A stretch of DNA of 64,000 nt from a virus, in the IMG/VR virus record IMGVR_UViG_3300045988_127716, positions 30,446 to 94,445 of that record, one strand, 5' to 3'. The translations under genes were made by a program, and so were the position numbers. The notes below the pieces were generated by a model, which was not told the origin of the DNA, ran no database searches, and saw nothing but the letters and a program-made list of their open reading frames with translations. Positions 26,065 to 34,267 of this stretch are shown here, piece by piece. Each line of letters begins with the position of its first letter. The first letter of the stretch is position 1.

Positions 26065-26634
26065 ATGAGCAAATATAATAAAGAAGAATTAGAAAATTTA
26101 ATACTTGACCAGAACTTATCATACGAAGCTATTGGAAGGATGTATGGAGTTACTGGTAATGCCATTAAGAAGGCAGCTACTAGATTAGGTATAAAATTAC
26201 CCTCAAGAAGGAAGATTAATCCTTGTGAGACATTTAACAAAGATAATTCTAAAGAAGTTAGACATTGCTTAAATTGTGATAAAGAGCTAGATTACAGTGC
26301 TAAGAAATTTTGCTCTCATGAATGCCAACAGGAGTATCAATATTTAACTTATATAGATAGATGGAAGAAAGGATTAGAAACAGGAACTAAAGGTTCTGAT
26401 GCAGTATCAAACTATCTTCGTAAATATTTATTTAATAAGTTTAATAACAAATGTTGTAAATGTCATTGGCTAGAAACTAATCCTTATAGTGGACTTATTC
26501 CTCTACAAGTACATCATAAAGATGGAAATTGCCTTAATAATAATGAAGATAATTTAGAATTATTATGTCCTAATTGTCATGCATTGACTGAAAATTATGG
26601 AAATTTAAATAAAAACTCAAAAAGAATTAGATAG
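26065..26634 (+). CDS. freestanding HNH homing endonuclease
   Basis: 189 aa. HTH-like N-terminus (…AIGRMYGVTGNAIKKAATRLGI…), C-terminal …CCKCHW…LQVHHKDGNCLNNNEDNLELLCPNCHALTE HNH motif. Between tRNA-Ala and an orphan T-arm fragment. Confidence 0.8.
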   Translation: MSKYNKEELENLILDQNLSYEAIGRMYGVTGNAIKKAATRLGIKLPSRRKINPCETFNKDNSKEVRHCLNCDKELDYSAKKFCSHECQQEYQYLTYIDRWKKGLETGTKGSDAVSNYLRKYLFNKFNNKCCKCHWLETNPYSGLIPLQVHHKDGNCLNNNEDNLELLCPNCHALTENYGNLNKNSKRIR

Positions 26635-26639
26635 TCTAA

Positions 26640-26670
26640 AGATCTGGGTTCGATTCCCAGTGATTCCACA
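26640..26670 (+). other. orphan tRNA 3' fragment (T-arm plus 3' acceptor strand) immediately after the HNH gene
   Basis: ctggg-ttcgatt-cccag then tgattcc-a-caa. No matching 5' half within 100 nt upstream (that stretch is HNH coding sequence). Resembles the 3' ends of the tRNAs at 17303 and 25906. Confidence 0.5.
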
Positions 26671-26678
26671 ATTATTTA

Positions 26679-26764
26679 AGTACCTTTGGCCGAGTGGACG
26701 ATGGCAGCAGACCGTTAATCTGCCGGGAGAAATCCTCACCGTAAGTTCGAATCTTACAGGGTAC
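26679..26764 (+). tRNA. tRNA, type II (86 nt), anticodon loop ccGTTaa (GTT) with C at position 33; isotype uncertain
   Basis: Ser/Leu-like D-arm tggccgagtggacgatggc, acceptor gtacctt/agggtac (one G-U), anticodon stem gcaga/tctgc perfect, long variable arm, T-arm gtaag-ttcgaat-cttac. Confidence 0.55.
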
Positions 26765-26896
26765 GCTCATTCTTAACCTACATCCTAGGATGCTAACATA
26801 GTTGTACAAGAATGTCTTTACAGTGTTAGGTGGATACAAAGACGCTGGCTGCAGCGTGATACTCAATGGTGGAATTAAGAGCAGCACCACCAATTT

Positions 26897-26967
26897 GCAG
26901 GTATAGCACAGTGGTAGTGCAGGAGCCTTCCAAGCTCACTACGTGGGTTCGATTCCCATTACCTGCT
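26897..26967 (+). tRNA. tRNA-Gly(TCC)
   Basis: Acceptor gcaggta/tacctgc perfect, D-arm gcac/gtgc, anticodon loop ctTCCaa, T-arm gtggg-ttcgatt-cccat. Confidence 0.75.
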
Positions 26968-26997
26968 CTATTAATTAACACATTAAATAAGATAATT

Positions 26998-27354
26998 ATG
27001 ATCAATTTAGAAGAGAAAATTAAAAATAATGAAGATTTAATTAGAAAGTATACATTAGATCAATGGATTGTGCTATTAAAGCATATATGTATATCTTGTA
27101 TAAGAATTCCTTCTAAAAAGGAAATAGAATCTATTATGAATGCAAATTCATTTAAAGTAGAATATGCAGAAGGAAGGATTATAAAAATAGAACTTTACAC
27201 AAATAATCTGTGTTGGGAAGACTTTAAAATGGAGTTAAATATATTAAATATAGTAATTTCTAGACAGAAAGGATATAACACATTTGAACAAATTACATTT
27301 ATTCCTCTTGAAGTGTTTAAAATATTAAATGATGGTATTTTTAAATGTAAATAA
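26998..27354 (+). CDS. hypothetical protein
   Basis: Listed ORF 26866-27354 overlaps tRNA-Gly. Internal ATG 26998 (MINLEEKIKNNEDL…) is preferred. Confidence 0.4.
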   Translation: MINLEEKIKNNEDLIRKYTLDQWIVLLKHICISCIRIPSKKEIESIMNANSFKVEYAEGRIIKIELYTNNLCWEDFKMELNILNIVISRQKGYNTFEQITFIPLEVFKILNDGIFKCK

Positions 27355-27360
27355 TTATAT

Positions 27361-27435
27361 TGCGGGATAGACTGGAGAGGTTCCAGCTCAGTCTCATAAG
27401 CTGAATTACGTGAGTTCGATTCTCACTCCCGCAAC
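27361..27435 (+). tRNA. tRNA-Met(CAT), copy 3
   Basis: Acceptor tgcggga/tcccgca perfect, anticodon arm tcagt-ctCATaa-gctga, T-arm gtgag-ttcgatt-ctcac. Three CAT tRNAs in total; which is fMet, Met or lysidine-Ile cannot be told by eye. Confidence 0.7.
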
Positions 27436-27461
27436 TATTTATTACTTAAATTAGATAAATT

Positions 27462-27869
27462 ATGATTAATCTACAAGTTATTCCCTTTGAAGAATTACTT
27501 CAATGGAAAGAGAAAATTCAAGAAGAATTGGACAGAAGAGATCTCTATGCATTCGATATTACTGTAAAAGCATTATTTGAACTTCATCCAGAAAAGAAAG
27601 TATTAGTGTTAGGAATGTCTTATAAAGCATATGATGCCCCTTATGAAACAGGAACTAGTTCTGCAATTTGGGTTGATGAGGCATTTGGGGAATATAAAGA
27701 AGATGATATAATCAACTTCTGCGAGGATGAGGAGACAGAGAATCTTATTCAAAAGTTAGCAAGATGCTTTAACCTTGAAGAAGACAATGAATTATATCCT
27801 GGACAAAGATGTATTTATTATATAGATAGATCTGATCCAGAGAATATTCAGACATATATAGAGGGTTAA
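27462..27869 (+). CDS. hypothetical acidic protein
   Basis: 135-aa ORF. Confidence 0.4.
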   Translation: MINLQVIPFEELLQWKEKIQEELDRRDLYAFDITVKALFELHPEKKVLVLGMSYKAYDAPYETGTSSAIWVDEAFGEYKEDDIINFCEDEETENLIQKLARCFNLEEDNELYPGQRCIYYIDRSDPENIQTYIEG

Positions 27870-27881
27870 TAATCCTCTAAT

Positions 27882-27955
27882 GGAACTGTAGCTCAGTAGG
27901 TAGAGCACTAGATTGAAGATCTAGGTTTGCACTGGTTCGATCCCAGTTAGTTCCA
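27882..27955 (+). tRNA. tRNA-Phe(GAA)
   Basis: Canonical D-arm tagctcagtaggtagagca, anticodon arm ctaga-ttGAAga-tctag perfect, T-arm actgg-ttcgatc-ccagt, acceptor ggaactg/tagttcc. Confidence 0.8.
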
Positions 27956-28230
27956 CGTTTAATATTCTATAATAGACTATTATGTAGTATAGTTTTATTA
28001 TGTTGAATATATGTTTTAAGTAGTTGTATCATTGAAAACTACTCCCTCTTAGTGCTTTGGTTGGTAAAATAAAGCAGGCGAAAGTTTCAGCTCTTTCTAG
28101 AGAGTCTTTCAGACAGCCATAAGGAATTTGAAAAATTGTATTCTAGACCTTTCATACTAGAAGGTTAAAAGTATGATATTTATTGTGCACAATTTTAGGG
28201 GAGAGGTACATGTACTATCTCCCTAAATAT

Positions 28231-28302
28231 TACCCTGTAACTCAATGGCAGAGTACTACACTTTTAATGTAGGAGTTGTGGGTTCAAGTCCCATCAGGGT
28301 AA
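28231..28302 (+). tRNA. tRNA-Lys(TTT), copy 2
   Basis: Acceptor taccctg/cagggta perfect, D-arm actc/gagt, anticodon arm ctaca-ctTTTaa-tgtag perfect, T-arm gtggg-ttcaagt-cccat. Confidence 0.75.
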
Positions 28303-28312
28303 CTAATTTTAT

Positions 28313-28386
28313 AGAGGATTAACTCAGCGGTTGAGAGTGTCACTTTTACACAGTGAAAGTCATAGGTTCGAATCCTATATCCTCTA
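28313..28386 (+). tRNA. tRNA-Val(TAC)
   Basis: Acceptor agaggat/atcctct perfect, anticodon arm tcact-ttTACac-agtga perfect, T-arm atagg-ttcgaat-cctat. Confidence 0.8.
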
Positions 28387-28388
28387 CT

Positions 28389-28462
28389 GTGTTATTAGCT
28401 TAGTTGGTTAAAGCGCTGGGTTGTGGTTCCAGAGATCATGGGTTCAAGTCCCATATAACACC
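28389..28462 (+). tRNA. tRNA-His(GTG)
   Basis: Acceptor gtgttat/ataacac perfect, D-arm gctt/aagc, anticodon arm ctggg-ttGTGgt-tccag, T-arm atggg-ttcaagt-cccat. Confidence 0.8.
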
Positions 28463-28478
28463 TAATGTTTAATTTTAT

Positions 28479-28566
28479 GGAAGGTTACTCAAATTGGTTA
28501 AGAGGACACATTGCTAACGTGTTAGAGCAGTAAAATGCTGTGAGAGTTCGAACCTCTCACCTTCCT
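28479..28566 (+). tRNA. tRNA-Ser(GCT), type II
   Basis: Acceptor ggaaggt/accttcc perfect, anticodon loop ttGCTaa, long variable arm, T-arm gagag-ttcgaac-ctctc. Confidence 0.75.
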
Positions 28567-28584
28567 CAAATAATAAATAATGCA

Positions 28585-28725
28585 ATGGAAAAGAGATTTA
28601 AAGTAATAACTAAAATGAATCAGATTCATTTAGTTACAATAGAAACAGAAGAGAAGTATAAATTAGGGTTATACTTATCCTATTTAACAGAATTATTTGG
28701 TGAATCAGAAATAATTTCTCTATAA
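28585..28725 (+). CDS. small hypothetical protein
   Basis: Listed ORF 28540-28725 overlaps tRNA-Ser. Internal ATG 28585 (MEKRFKVITKMNQ…) is preferred. 46 aa. Confidence 0.3.
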   Translation: MEKRFKVITKMNQIHLVTIETEEKYKLGLYLSYLTELFGESEIISL

Positions 28726-28730
28726 TAAAT

Positions 28731-29036
28731 ATGGAAAGTAATATTGAGATAAATGACGGAGATATTATCCAATTTAAGAATGAAAATAATTCAAGATATT
28801 GGGTTGCAATACATCATTCTAAATGTAATATGGATAATAGAGAGAAATTTAGAAGAAATATCGCTGATCATACTGGATATTATTTATTTAGTGGAATTTG
28901 GTATGAGGGAGATATTTTAACTGATAAACCTTATGGAAAATGTATAGAACAGCTCAGAAGAGGTATGTTTCCCAATATAGAAATAGTAGGAAATATTATT
29001 AAAGATTTTGAGAAGTTTAAAGAAATGTTAATGTAG
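28731..29036 (+). CDS. hypothetical protein
   Basis: 101-aa ORF. Confidence 0.4.
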   Translation: MESNIEINDGDIIQFKNENNSRYWVAIHHSKCNMDNREKFRRNIADHTGYYLFSGIWYEGDILTDKPYGKCIEQLRRGMFPNIEIVGNIIKDFEKFKEMLM

Positions 29037-29047
29037 CATTTATATAA

Positions 29048-29119
29048 GTCGGGTTCATCTAGGGGTCAGGATTACAGATTTTCGATCTGTTCACAGGGGT
29101 TCAAATCCCCTACCCGATA
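29048..29119 (+). tRNA. tRNA-Glu(TTC)
   Basis: Acceptor gtcgggt/acccgat, D-arm atct-aggggtca-ggat, anticodon arm acaga-ttTTCga-tctgt perfect, T-arm agggg-ttcaaat-cccct. Confidence 0.75.
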
Positions 29120-29229
29120 CAAAATTTAGTTAAACAATAATGGCAGCTTAATAGTATAGGTGATGCTTTTTTATCTAATTAGAAATAATTTAATTAAGAA
29201 GCACTCAACCTATATTATTAAGATTTTAA

Positions 29230-29303
29230 GCACCTGTAGCCCAATTGGCAGAGGCAATAGATTTAGGCTCTATCCAGTGTGAGTTCGAATCTCACTAGGT
29301 GTA
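29230..29303 (+). tRNA. tRNA with anticodon TAG (Leu-type anticodon) but type-I length (74 nt)
   Basis: Acceptor gcacctg/taggtgt (two G-U), anticodon arm ataga-ttTAGgc-tctat perfect, T-arm gtgag-ttcgaat-ctcac. The short variable region is unusual for tRNA-Leu. Confidence 0.55.
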
Positions 29304-29346
29304 CGAAAATCAAGAAAGAACAGGTTTTCGATTTTTTGGTGCAGTT

Positions 29347-29396
29347 TGGGGTATTTGAAGATTGATTTCATCTTTGAATACCCCATTTTTATTTTC
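29347..29396 (+). terminator. strong rho-independent terminator closing the tRNA island
   Basis: ggggtatttgaagat…atctttgaatacccc 15-bp stem (two G-U) followed by atttttatttt. Confidence 0.75.
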
Positions 29397-29589
29397 ATAC
29401 CTAACTTCAAAATATGAGCCTATTTTATACCCAAAATGACATGATTTTTAAAATCTCATTCTGGAACTGTATATTGAAAATAATAAAAATTTCATAAGGT
29501 GTATATATAATGAAATTATGAGTAGTTTAGTTAAATATTTTTAAATTTATTTGATGTTGAATTTTATAAATAATAGATAGAATATAATT

Positions 29590-30045
29590 ATGAATGATTA
29601 CACATTTAAAAATCCTTGTTGTGAGGATGGCAGAACATCTACATTCCATAATTGTGCTGAATTTAAAGAAAAGTTCAGGGAATTTTTGAGGGTATTTAGT
29701 AGGTTTAGTTCTGATATCCTTGGTTATAAAGAGGATAAAGAAGAGAGAATTTGGTCTGGAAACAGGTTTGACAGAAGAGAAGATTGTGAACGTTTTGAAG
29801 AAGAGCTTCTTTTGTATTTAAGATTAAGAGCATATCTTAGTTTTAGAAACTGGTTAGTGACCAAAAAAGATTATGTATCAAATATAAGAATAGTATACTC
29901 TTACAATGAAAACAGATGGGTAGTAAGCAGTGAAAAGAATAAAGGAATCTTGGCTTTGTATGTAGATACACTTGAACATGCTGAAAAGGTTGCTAATATG
30001 CTTAACTATAGTAAAGCAGAGTTTGATAATTTATTTTCTGAATAA
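29590..30045 (+). CDS. hypothetical protein
   Basis: 151-aa ORF. Confidence 0.4.
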   Translation: MNDYTFKNPCCEDGRTSTFHNCAEFKEKFREFLRVFSRFSSDILGYKEDKEERIWSGNRFDRREDCERFEEELLLYLRLRAYLSFRNWLVTKKDYVSNIRIVYSYNENRWVVSSEKNKGILALYVDTLEHAEKVANMLNYSKAEFDNLFSE

Positions 30046-30048
30046 TTT

Positions 30049-30540
30049 ATGAAAAGATTTATTTTAATTATTGGTATTATATTTATATCACTATCAGGGT
30101 TTTCTCAAGAGGTAGTATCTAGGGATTCTACAAATATATTATCAGAGAAAATATATAATGATGTAAAACAGGCTATAGTAGGAGCCTCTCAAGCCCTTAA
30201 AGTAGGAGCTGAGAATGTTTATGAAATTGTTAAAGCTCAGCAGGCTGTTAATAGTATTATCAATCTTTGTGTGATTGTATGTGGTGTTCTTCTAACTTTA
30301 CTTATATTTCGTTATCTTAAATCTACTATAAAAGTAGTGACAAAGAAGGATGAGAAGGGAAAAGCTATTGATTGGTATTATAATAAAGACTCAGAAACAT
30401 GGGCATTTGCACATGTATTAGGAGGAACGATGTTAGCGGTAATAGTAGTATTTACTATGGTCACTATTAAAAATACTATAACAGGATTTTTAAATCCAGA
30501 CTTTGGAGTTATTAATTATTTATTAGAATTTATAAAATGA
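30049..30540 (+). CDS. membrane protein (signal/anchor plus two TM helices)
   Basis: 163 aa. Hydrophobic N-terminus and two internal TM segments. First gene of the NfeD/flotillin cluster. Confidence 0.45.
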   Translation: MKRFILIIGIIFISLSGFSQEVVSRDSTNILSEKIYNDVKQAIVGASQALKVGAENVYEIVKAQQAVNSIINLCVIVCGVLLTLLIFRYLKSTIKVVTKKDEKGKAIDWYYNKDSETWAFAHVLGGTMLAVIVVFTMVTIKNTITGFLNPDFGVINYLLEFIK

Positions 30541-31067
30541 TAGATATTATATTAACATTAGCTATAGTAGTTTCTGCTATATTTATAATCCAATTCTTAG
30601 TATCTATATTAGGTATGGGAGTAGACATGGATGTTGATTTAGATTCTAGCTTTGATACTGATATAGATAGTACAGGTTCTACAGTAGGAGACTTAATATC
30701 CTTTAAAGGAGTATTGCATTTCTTATTAGGATTCTGTTGGACTTTAGTATTGTTGAAGGAGATTAAAGCTCTAACTGTAGCCGTTGCTATAGGAGTTGGA
30801 ATACTATTTGTAATAGTACTATATCATGTATATAAAGGTATTAATAAATTAAAATCTGAACCAACTAGAGAAACTTTATCAGATCTAGTAGGAAGATCTT
30901 GTACTATATATTGTAAACTACCTAATGAAAATGGATATATGGTGAGTATAGTTGTTAATGGTTTAGTAACAGAAAAGACTGTATTTTCTCAATCCAATAC
31001 ACCTTATGAGGTAGGAGATATAGTATTTATTGCAGATTGTAATGATGAGTTTTTATTTATTGAATAG
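30537..31067 (+). CDS. NfeD-like membrane protein (N-terminal TM helices, C-terminal OB-fold-like domain)
   Basis: 176 aa. TM helices, then …GRSCTIYCKLPNENGYMVSIVVNGLVTEKTVFSQSNTPYEVGDIVFIADCNDEFLFIE typical of short NfeD C-domains. Immediately upstream of an SPFH/flotillin gene. Confidence 0.5.
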   Translation: MIDIILTLAIVVSAIFIIQFLVSILGMGVDMDVDLDSSFDTDIDSTGSTVGDLISFKGVLHFLLGFCWTLVLLKEIKALTVAVAIGVGILFVIVLYHVYKGINKLKSEPTRETLSDLVGRSCTIYCKLPNENGYMVSIVVNGLVTEKTVFSQSNTPYEVGDIVFIADCNDEFLFIE

Positions 31068-31091
31068 TTATATAATTTTAATTAGTTAAAA

Positions 31092-32918
31092 ATGGAAGGA
31101 TTAGATTTAAGTTCACTATTAATTGTAGCAGGAATTTTAGTTGTAGTAATTATTATTACTATCATTGCGGTTTTATCAAGATATAGGAAATGTCCTCCTG
31201 ATAAAATCTTAATAATTTATGGTAAATCTTCTAAGGATAAAGAAGGTAATAAGAAACCTTCTAAGGTTATTCATGGAGGATCTACATTTGTTTGGCCTTA
31301 TTTCCAAGGTTATACCACAATGTCCTTAATTCCAATTCAGTTTAAATGTACTATTGCTGATGCATTATCAAGTCAATATATTAGAGTAACTGTGCCTATT
31401 ACAGCTACAGTTGCTGTAAATTCTGAAGAACCATTTGTTCAAAATGCAGTGAGTAGATTGGCTGGATTGACTGAGGATACTATTATAGAAATGACTAGAG
31501 AAATTATCTATGGCCAATTTAGGGAAATTATTTCTAAATCTTCTATTGAACAGTTAAATGCTGACAGAGATGCTTTTAGAACTAACTGTGAGCAAAGTAT
31601 TGCTAGTGAGTTAAATAAACTAGGATTGAAACTTATCAATATTAACATTGTGGATATTCAAGATGAAGCTGGATATATTGCAAATATTGGTAAGAAAGAA
31701 GCAGCTAAGGCAGTTAATCAAGCTAAAGTAGAAACCGCAGAGGAAGACAAACAAGGAGCAACTAAGAGTGCTGAGATTGAAAAGGATAAAGCAACCCAAG
31801 TAGCAGAGACTGAGAAGAATAGAATTAGTATTTTAGCAGAAACTAAGAAAGAAGAAGCTATTAAGGTTGCAGAAACTGAGAAGAATAGAGTAAGTGCTCT
31901 AGCAGAGATTGAGAAGGAGAAAGCTACTCAAGTAGCAGAAGCTGATAGGATTAGAGAGACCACTGTGGCTGAAACCAAAGCTCAAGAAAGTGCAAGTATT
32001 GTACAATCTAAGAATAATGCAGCTGTAGAAATTGCTAAATCAGATGCAGAAAGGGAATCTAAACAAGTAGAGTTTGATAACTCTAAGGAAATTAAGATTG
32101 CCCAATCTAATTCTGAAATGGAAATTAGAAAAGCGGAAGCTGAGAAGAATGCAATGGTTGGGAAGAATGAGGCAATGAAAGCTGTTGCAACCTCTGAAGG
32201 AGAATTGAAAGTAACTGAAGCAGAAGCTGAGAGAAAAGCTAGAGAGGCTCAAGTAATTGCAGATGCTAAGGTTAAAGAAAGACAAGAGCTTCAACAAAAA
32301 GCTGTAGAAGAAGCTAGAGCACAAAAGGTTGAAACCCAGTTAAAAGCTGAAAAGATTGTTCCTGCAGAAATTGAGAAGGAGAAAGCTCGTCTTAATGCGG
32401 AGGCTTATCAGAATGAAGTAACTGGTAAAGCTAAAGCTGAAGCTGAGGCTATTAAACTCAAAGCAGAGGCAGAAGCAGCTGCAATTAGATTAAAACAAGA
32501 AGCAGAAGCAGCAGGTATTCAGGCTAAACTTGAAGCTGAGGCTGAGGGTAAGAGAAAGTCTGCATTGGCTGAGGCTGAGGGATTTAAGGCAACCATGGAA
32601 GCAGCTAAAGGAAATGAAACCTTAGCAATTCATTACAAGATGGTTACTCAATACAAAGAAATTGCTGGTGAGCAGGTTAAAGCATTTGAGAAGATGAACC
32701 TTGGAAATATCAATATCTTTGATACTGGTGATGGTAAAGGTGCTGGGAAGTTCATGAGAGATATTGTTAACACAGTTGCACCTGCAACTAGTGTGTTATC
32801 CGAAATGCCAGTAATTGGAAAAGCTGTAAAAGCATTAGAGAGTGCTTTGGATAAGAAGAATGAGAGTGGGAATGAAGAGGGAGATGTTAAATCTTCTGCT
32901 TTTGAAGAAGTAAAGTAA
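31092..32918 (+). CDS. SPFH/band-7 flotillin-like protein (YqiK/FloA-like) with long EA-rich coiled coil
   Basis: 608 aa. N-terminal TM (LLIVAGILVVVIIITIIAVL), SPFH-like domain (…KVIHGGSTFVWPYFQGYTTMSLIPIQF…IRVTVPITATVAV…), then about 300 aa of A/E/K-rich repeats (flotillin-type coiled coil). Confidence 0.65.
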   Translation: MEGLDLSSLLIVAGILVVVIIITIIAVLSRYRKCPPDKILIIYGKSSKDKEGNKKPSKVIHGGSTFVWPYFQGYTTMSLIPIQFKCTIADALSSQYIRVTVPITATVAVNSEEPFVQNAVSRLAGLTEDTIIEMTREIIYGQFREIISKSSIEQLNADRDAFRTNCEQSIASELNKLGLKLININIVDIQDEAGYIANIGKKEAAKAVNQAKVETAEEDKQGATKSAEIEKDKATQVAETEKNRISILAETKKEEAIKVAETEKNRVSALAEIEKEKATQVAEADRIRETTVAETKAQESASIVQSKNNAAVEIAKSDAERESKQVEFDNSKEIKIAQSNSEMEIRKAEAEKNAMVGKNEAMKAVATSEGELKVTEAEAERKAREAQVIADAKVKERQELQQKAVEEARAQKVETQLKAEKIVPAEIEKEKARLNAEAYQNEVTGKAKAEAEAIKLKAEAEAAAIRLKQEAEAAGIQAKLEAEAEGKRKSALAEAEGFKATMEAAKGNETLAIHYKMVTQYKEIAGEQVKAFEKMNLGNINIFDTGDGKGAGKFMRDIVNTVAPATSVLSEMPVIGKAVKALESALDKKNESGNEEGDVKSSAFEEVK

Positions 32919-32924
32919 ATTTTT

Positions 32925-32958
32925 AGAGGAGTTAGGAAACTAACTCCTCTTTTTATTT
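32925..32958 (+). terminator. rho-independent terminator after flotillin gene
   Basis: agaggagtta-ggaaac-taactcctct 10-bp perfect stem, then ttttatttg. Confidence 0.7.
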
Positions 32959-32966
32959 GAATATGA

Positions 32967-33287
32967 ATGAAGCAAGTATTAGTTTTTGTAAAGGCTAAGA
33001 ATTCTTTATTGTTTAGACAATATTCAACTTGTGTTCCTAAGGGAGAATTACTTCCAGATGAAACTCCAGTTAAAGCAGCGATGAGAATTCTTAAAGAAAT
33101 ATATGGATTAAGATTTAAAGAACTACAATTTATAGAGCTAGATAATAATGAAAAGCATGTAAATGTAGGTCTTTCTTTAGATTATTATCCAGAAAGTTAT
33201 ATGGATGAAGATCCAACATTTGTAGATACTAAAGAAGTTTCTTTAAACGGAGAGTGTCCTTTAACAGAAAAATTTCTTACTAAATAA
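32967..33287 (+). CDS. hypothetical protein
   Basis: 106-aa ORF. Confidence 0.4.
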   Translation: MKQVLVFVKAKNSLLFRQYSTCVPKGELLPDETPVKAAMRILKEIYGLRFKELQFIELDNNEKHVNVGLSLDYYPESYMDEDPTFVDTKEVSLNGECPLTEKFLTK

Positions 33288-33296
33288 TTGGTTAAA

Positions 33297-33325
33297 AGAG
33301 GTTCGAATCCTCATTTAGTACAAAT
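33297..33325 (+). other. isolated tRNA T-arm-like element (gagg-ttcgaat-cctc) with 3' tail
   Basis: aaaagaggttcgaatcctcatttagtaca. No 5' half found upstream (the stretch is coding). Confidence 0.4.
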
Positions 33326-33457
33326 TTAAATTAGATAATTATGAACAAAAGTAATACAACAGAGAAAGTGATTACAAGTGTCTTCACTCTCATAATTGGA
33401 GTACTTTTATTAACTGGTATGTTATGGTAGTTATAATTGGTATAGTTGTGACGTTAA

Positions 33458-33919
33458 TTGCTGCAGCAATTTTTGAAGATTAACATGAAACTCCCATATA
33501 CAAAGAAATTAGTTAAGGATAAAGTACATTCCAAATTAATCACTATTTATGGGAGATTAAGAAAAGGAGATCAGTATGCTCAAGATTTATTTAATCCTAG
33601 TTATCATTATAGAGTATTATACCAACCTTCTGAAAAAGATATTCAAGGTTGGATGTATTTAGAAAGTTCTAGACATGTTACGCTAAGAAGATTAAAATCT
33701 ATTTTACATGATATAATTTATATATATAAATTATTAAATAATAAATATACTATATATATAATTAGGAAAAATCAAGAGCATGAGTATTATTATAACGTAG
33801 AGAAGAAGGATGTAATGAATAAGATAGGGTTAGGATATAATGGATATATTTATTACAATGGAGTAATTGATAAGGATCACTCTATGTTAAATGAATTTAA
33901 GAAAGTATTAGATAACTAA
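33458..33919 (+). CDS. hypothetical protein
   Basis: 153-aa ORF. Confidence 0.4.
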   Translation: MLQQFLKINMKLPYTKKLVKDKVHSKLITIYGRLRKGDQYAQDLFNPSYHYRVLYQPSEKDIQGWMYLESSRHVTLRRLKSILHDIIYIYKLLNNKYTIYIIRKNQEHEYYYNVEKKDVMNKIGLGYNGYIYYNGVIDKDHSMLNEFKKVLDN

Positions 33920-33964
33920 CCCTTGTTGATGGATTGCCATTAGCTAGGGTTTTATTCTTTTTAT

Positions 33965-34267
33965 ATGGATAAGTATTTAAGTTGCAAGGATTATAGAGAG
34001 TATAAGAGAGATGTATTAGATCCTCTTAAAGTTGATATAAATAATATCGGCAAAATGTTAAATAAATCTAGGAAGAATGTAAATGGGTTATTTATAGAAG
34101 AGTTACCTACTGTAGATGATTCTTATATTCTTCCTGATGATGAAGAGTATCAAACATTCTGTGATAAGGTTGTCTTGGAATTGGATAAAGAAGTAAGAGA
34201 GTGTGAATTAAATAAATTTAGAATAGATGAAAGAAGAATCAATTTCTGGGATTTCTCAAAAAACTGA
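33965..34267 (+). CDS. hypothetical protein
   Basis: 100-aa ORF. Confidence 0.35.
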   Translation: MDKYLSCKDYREYKRDVLDPLKVDINNIGKMLNKSRKNVNGLFIEELPTVDDSYILPDDEEYQTFCDKVVLELDKEVRECELNKFRIDERRINFWDFSKN

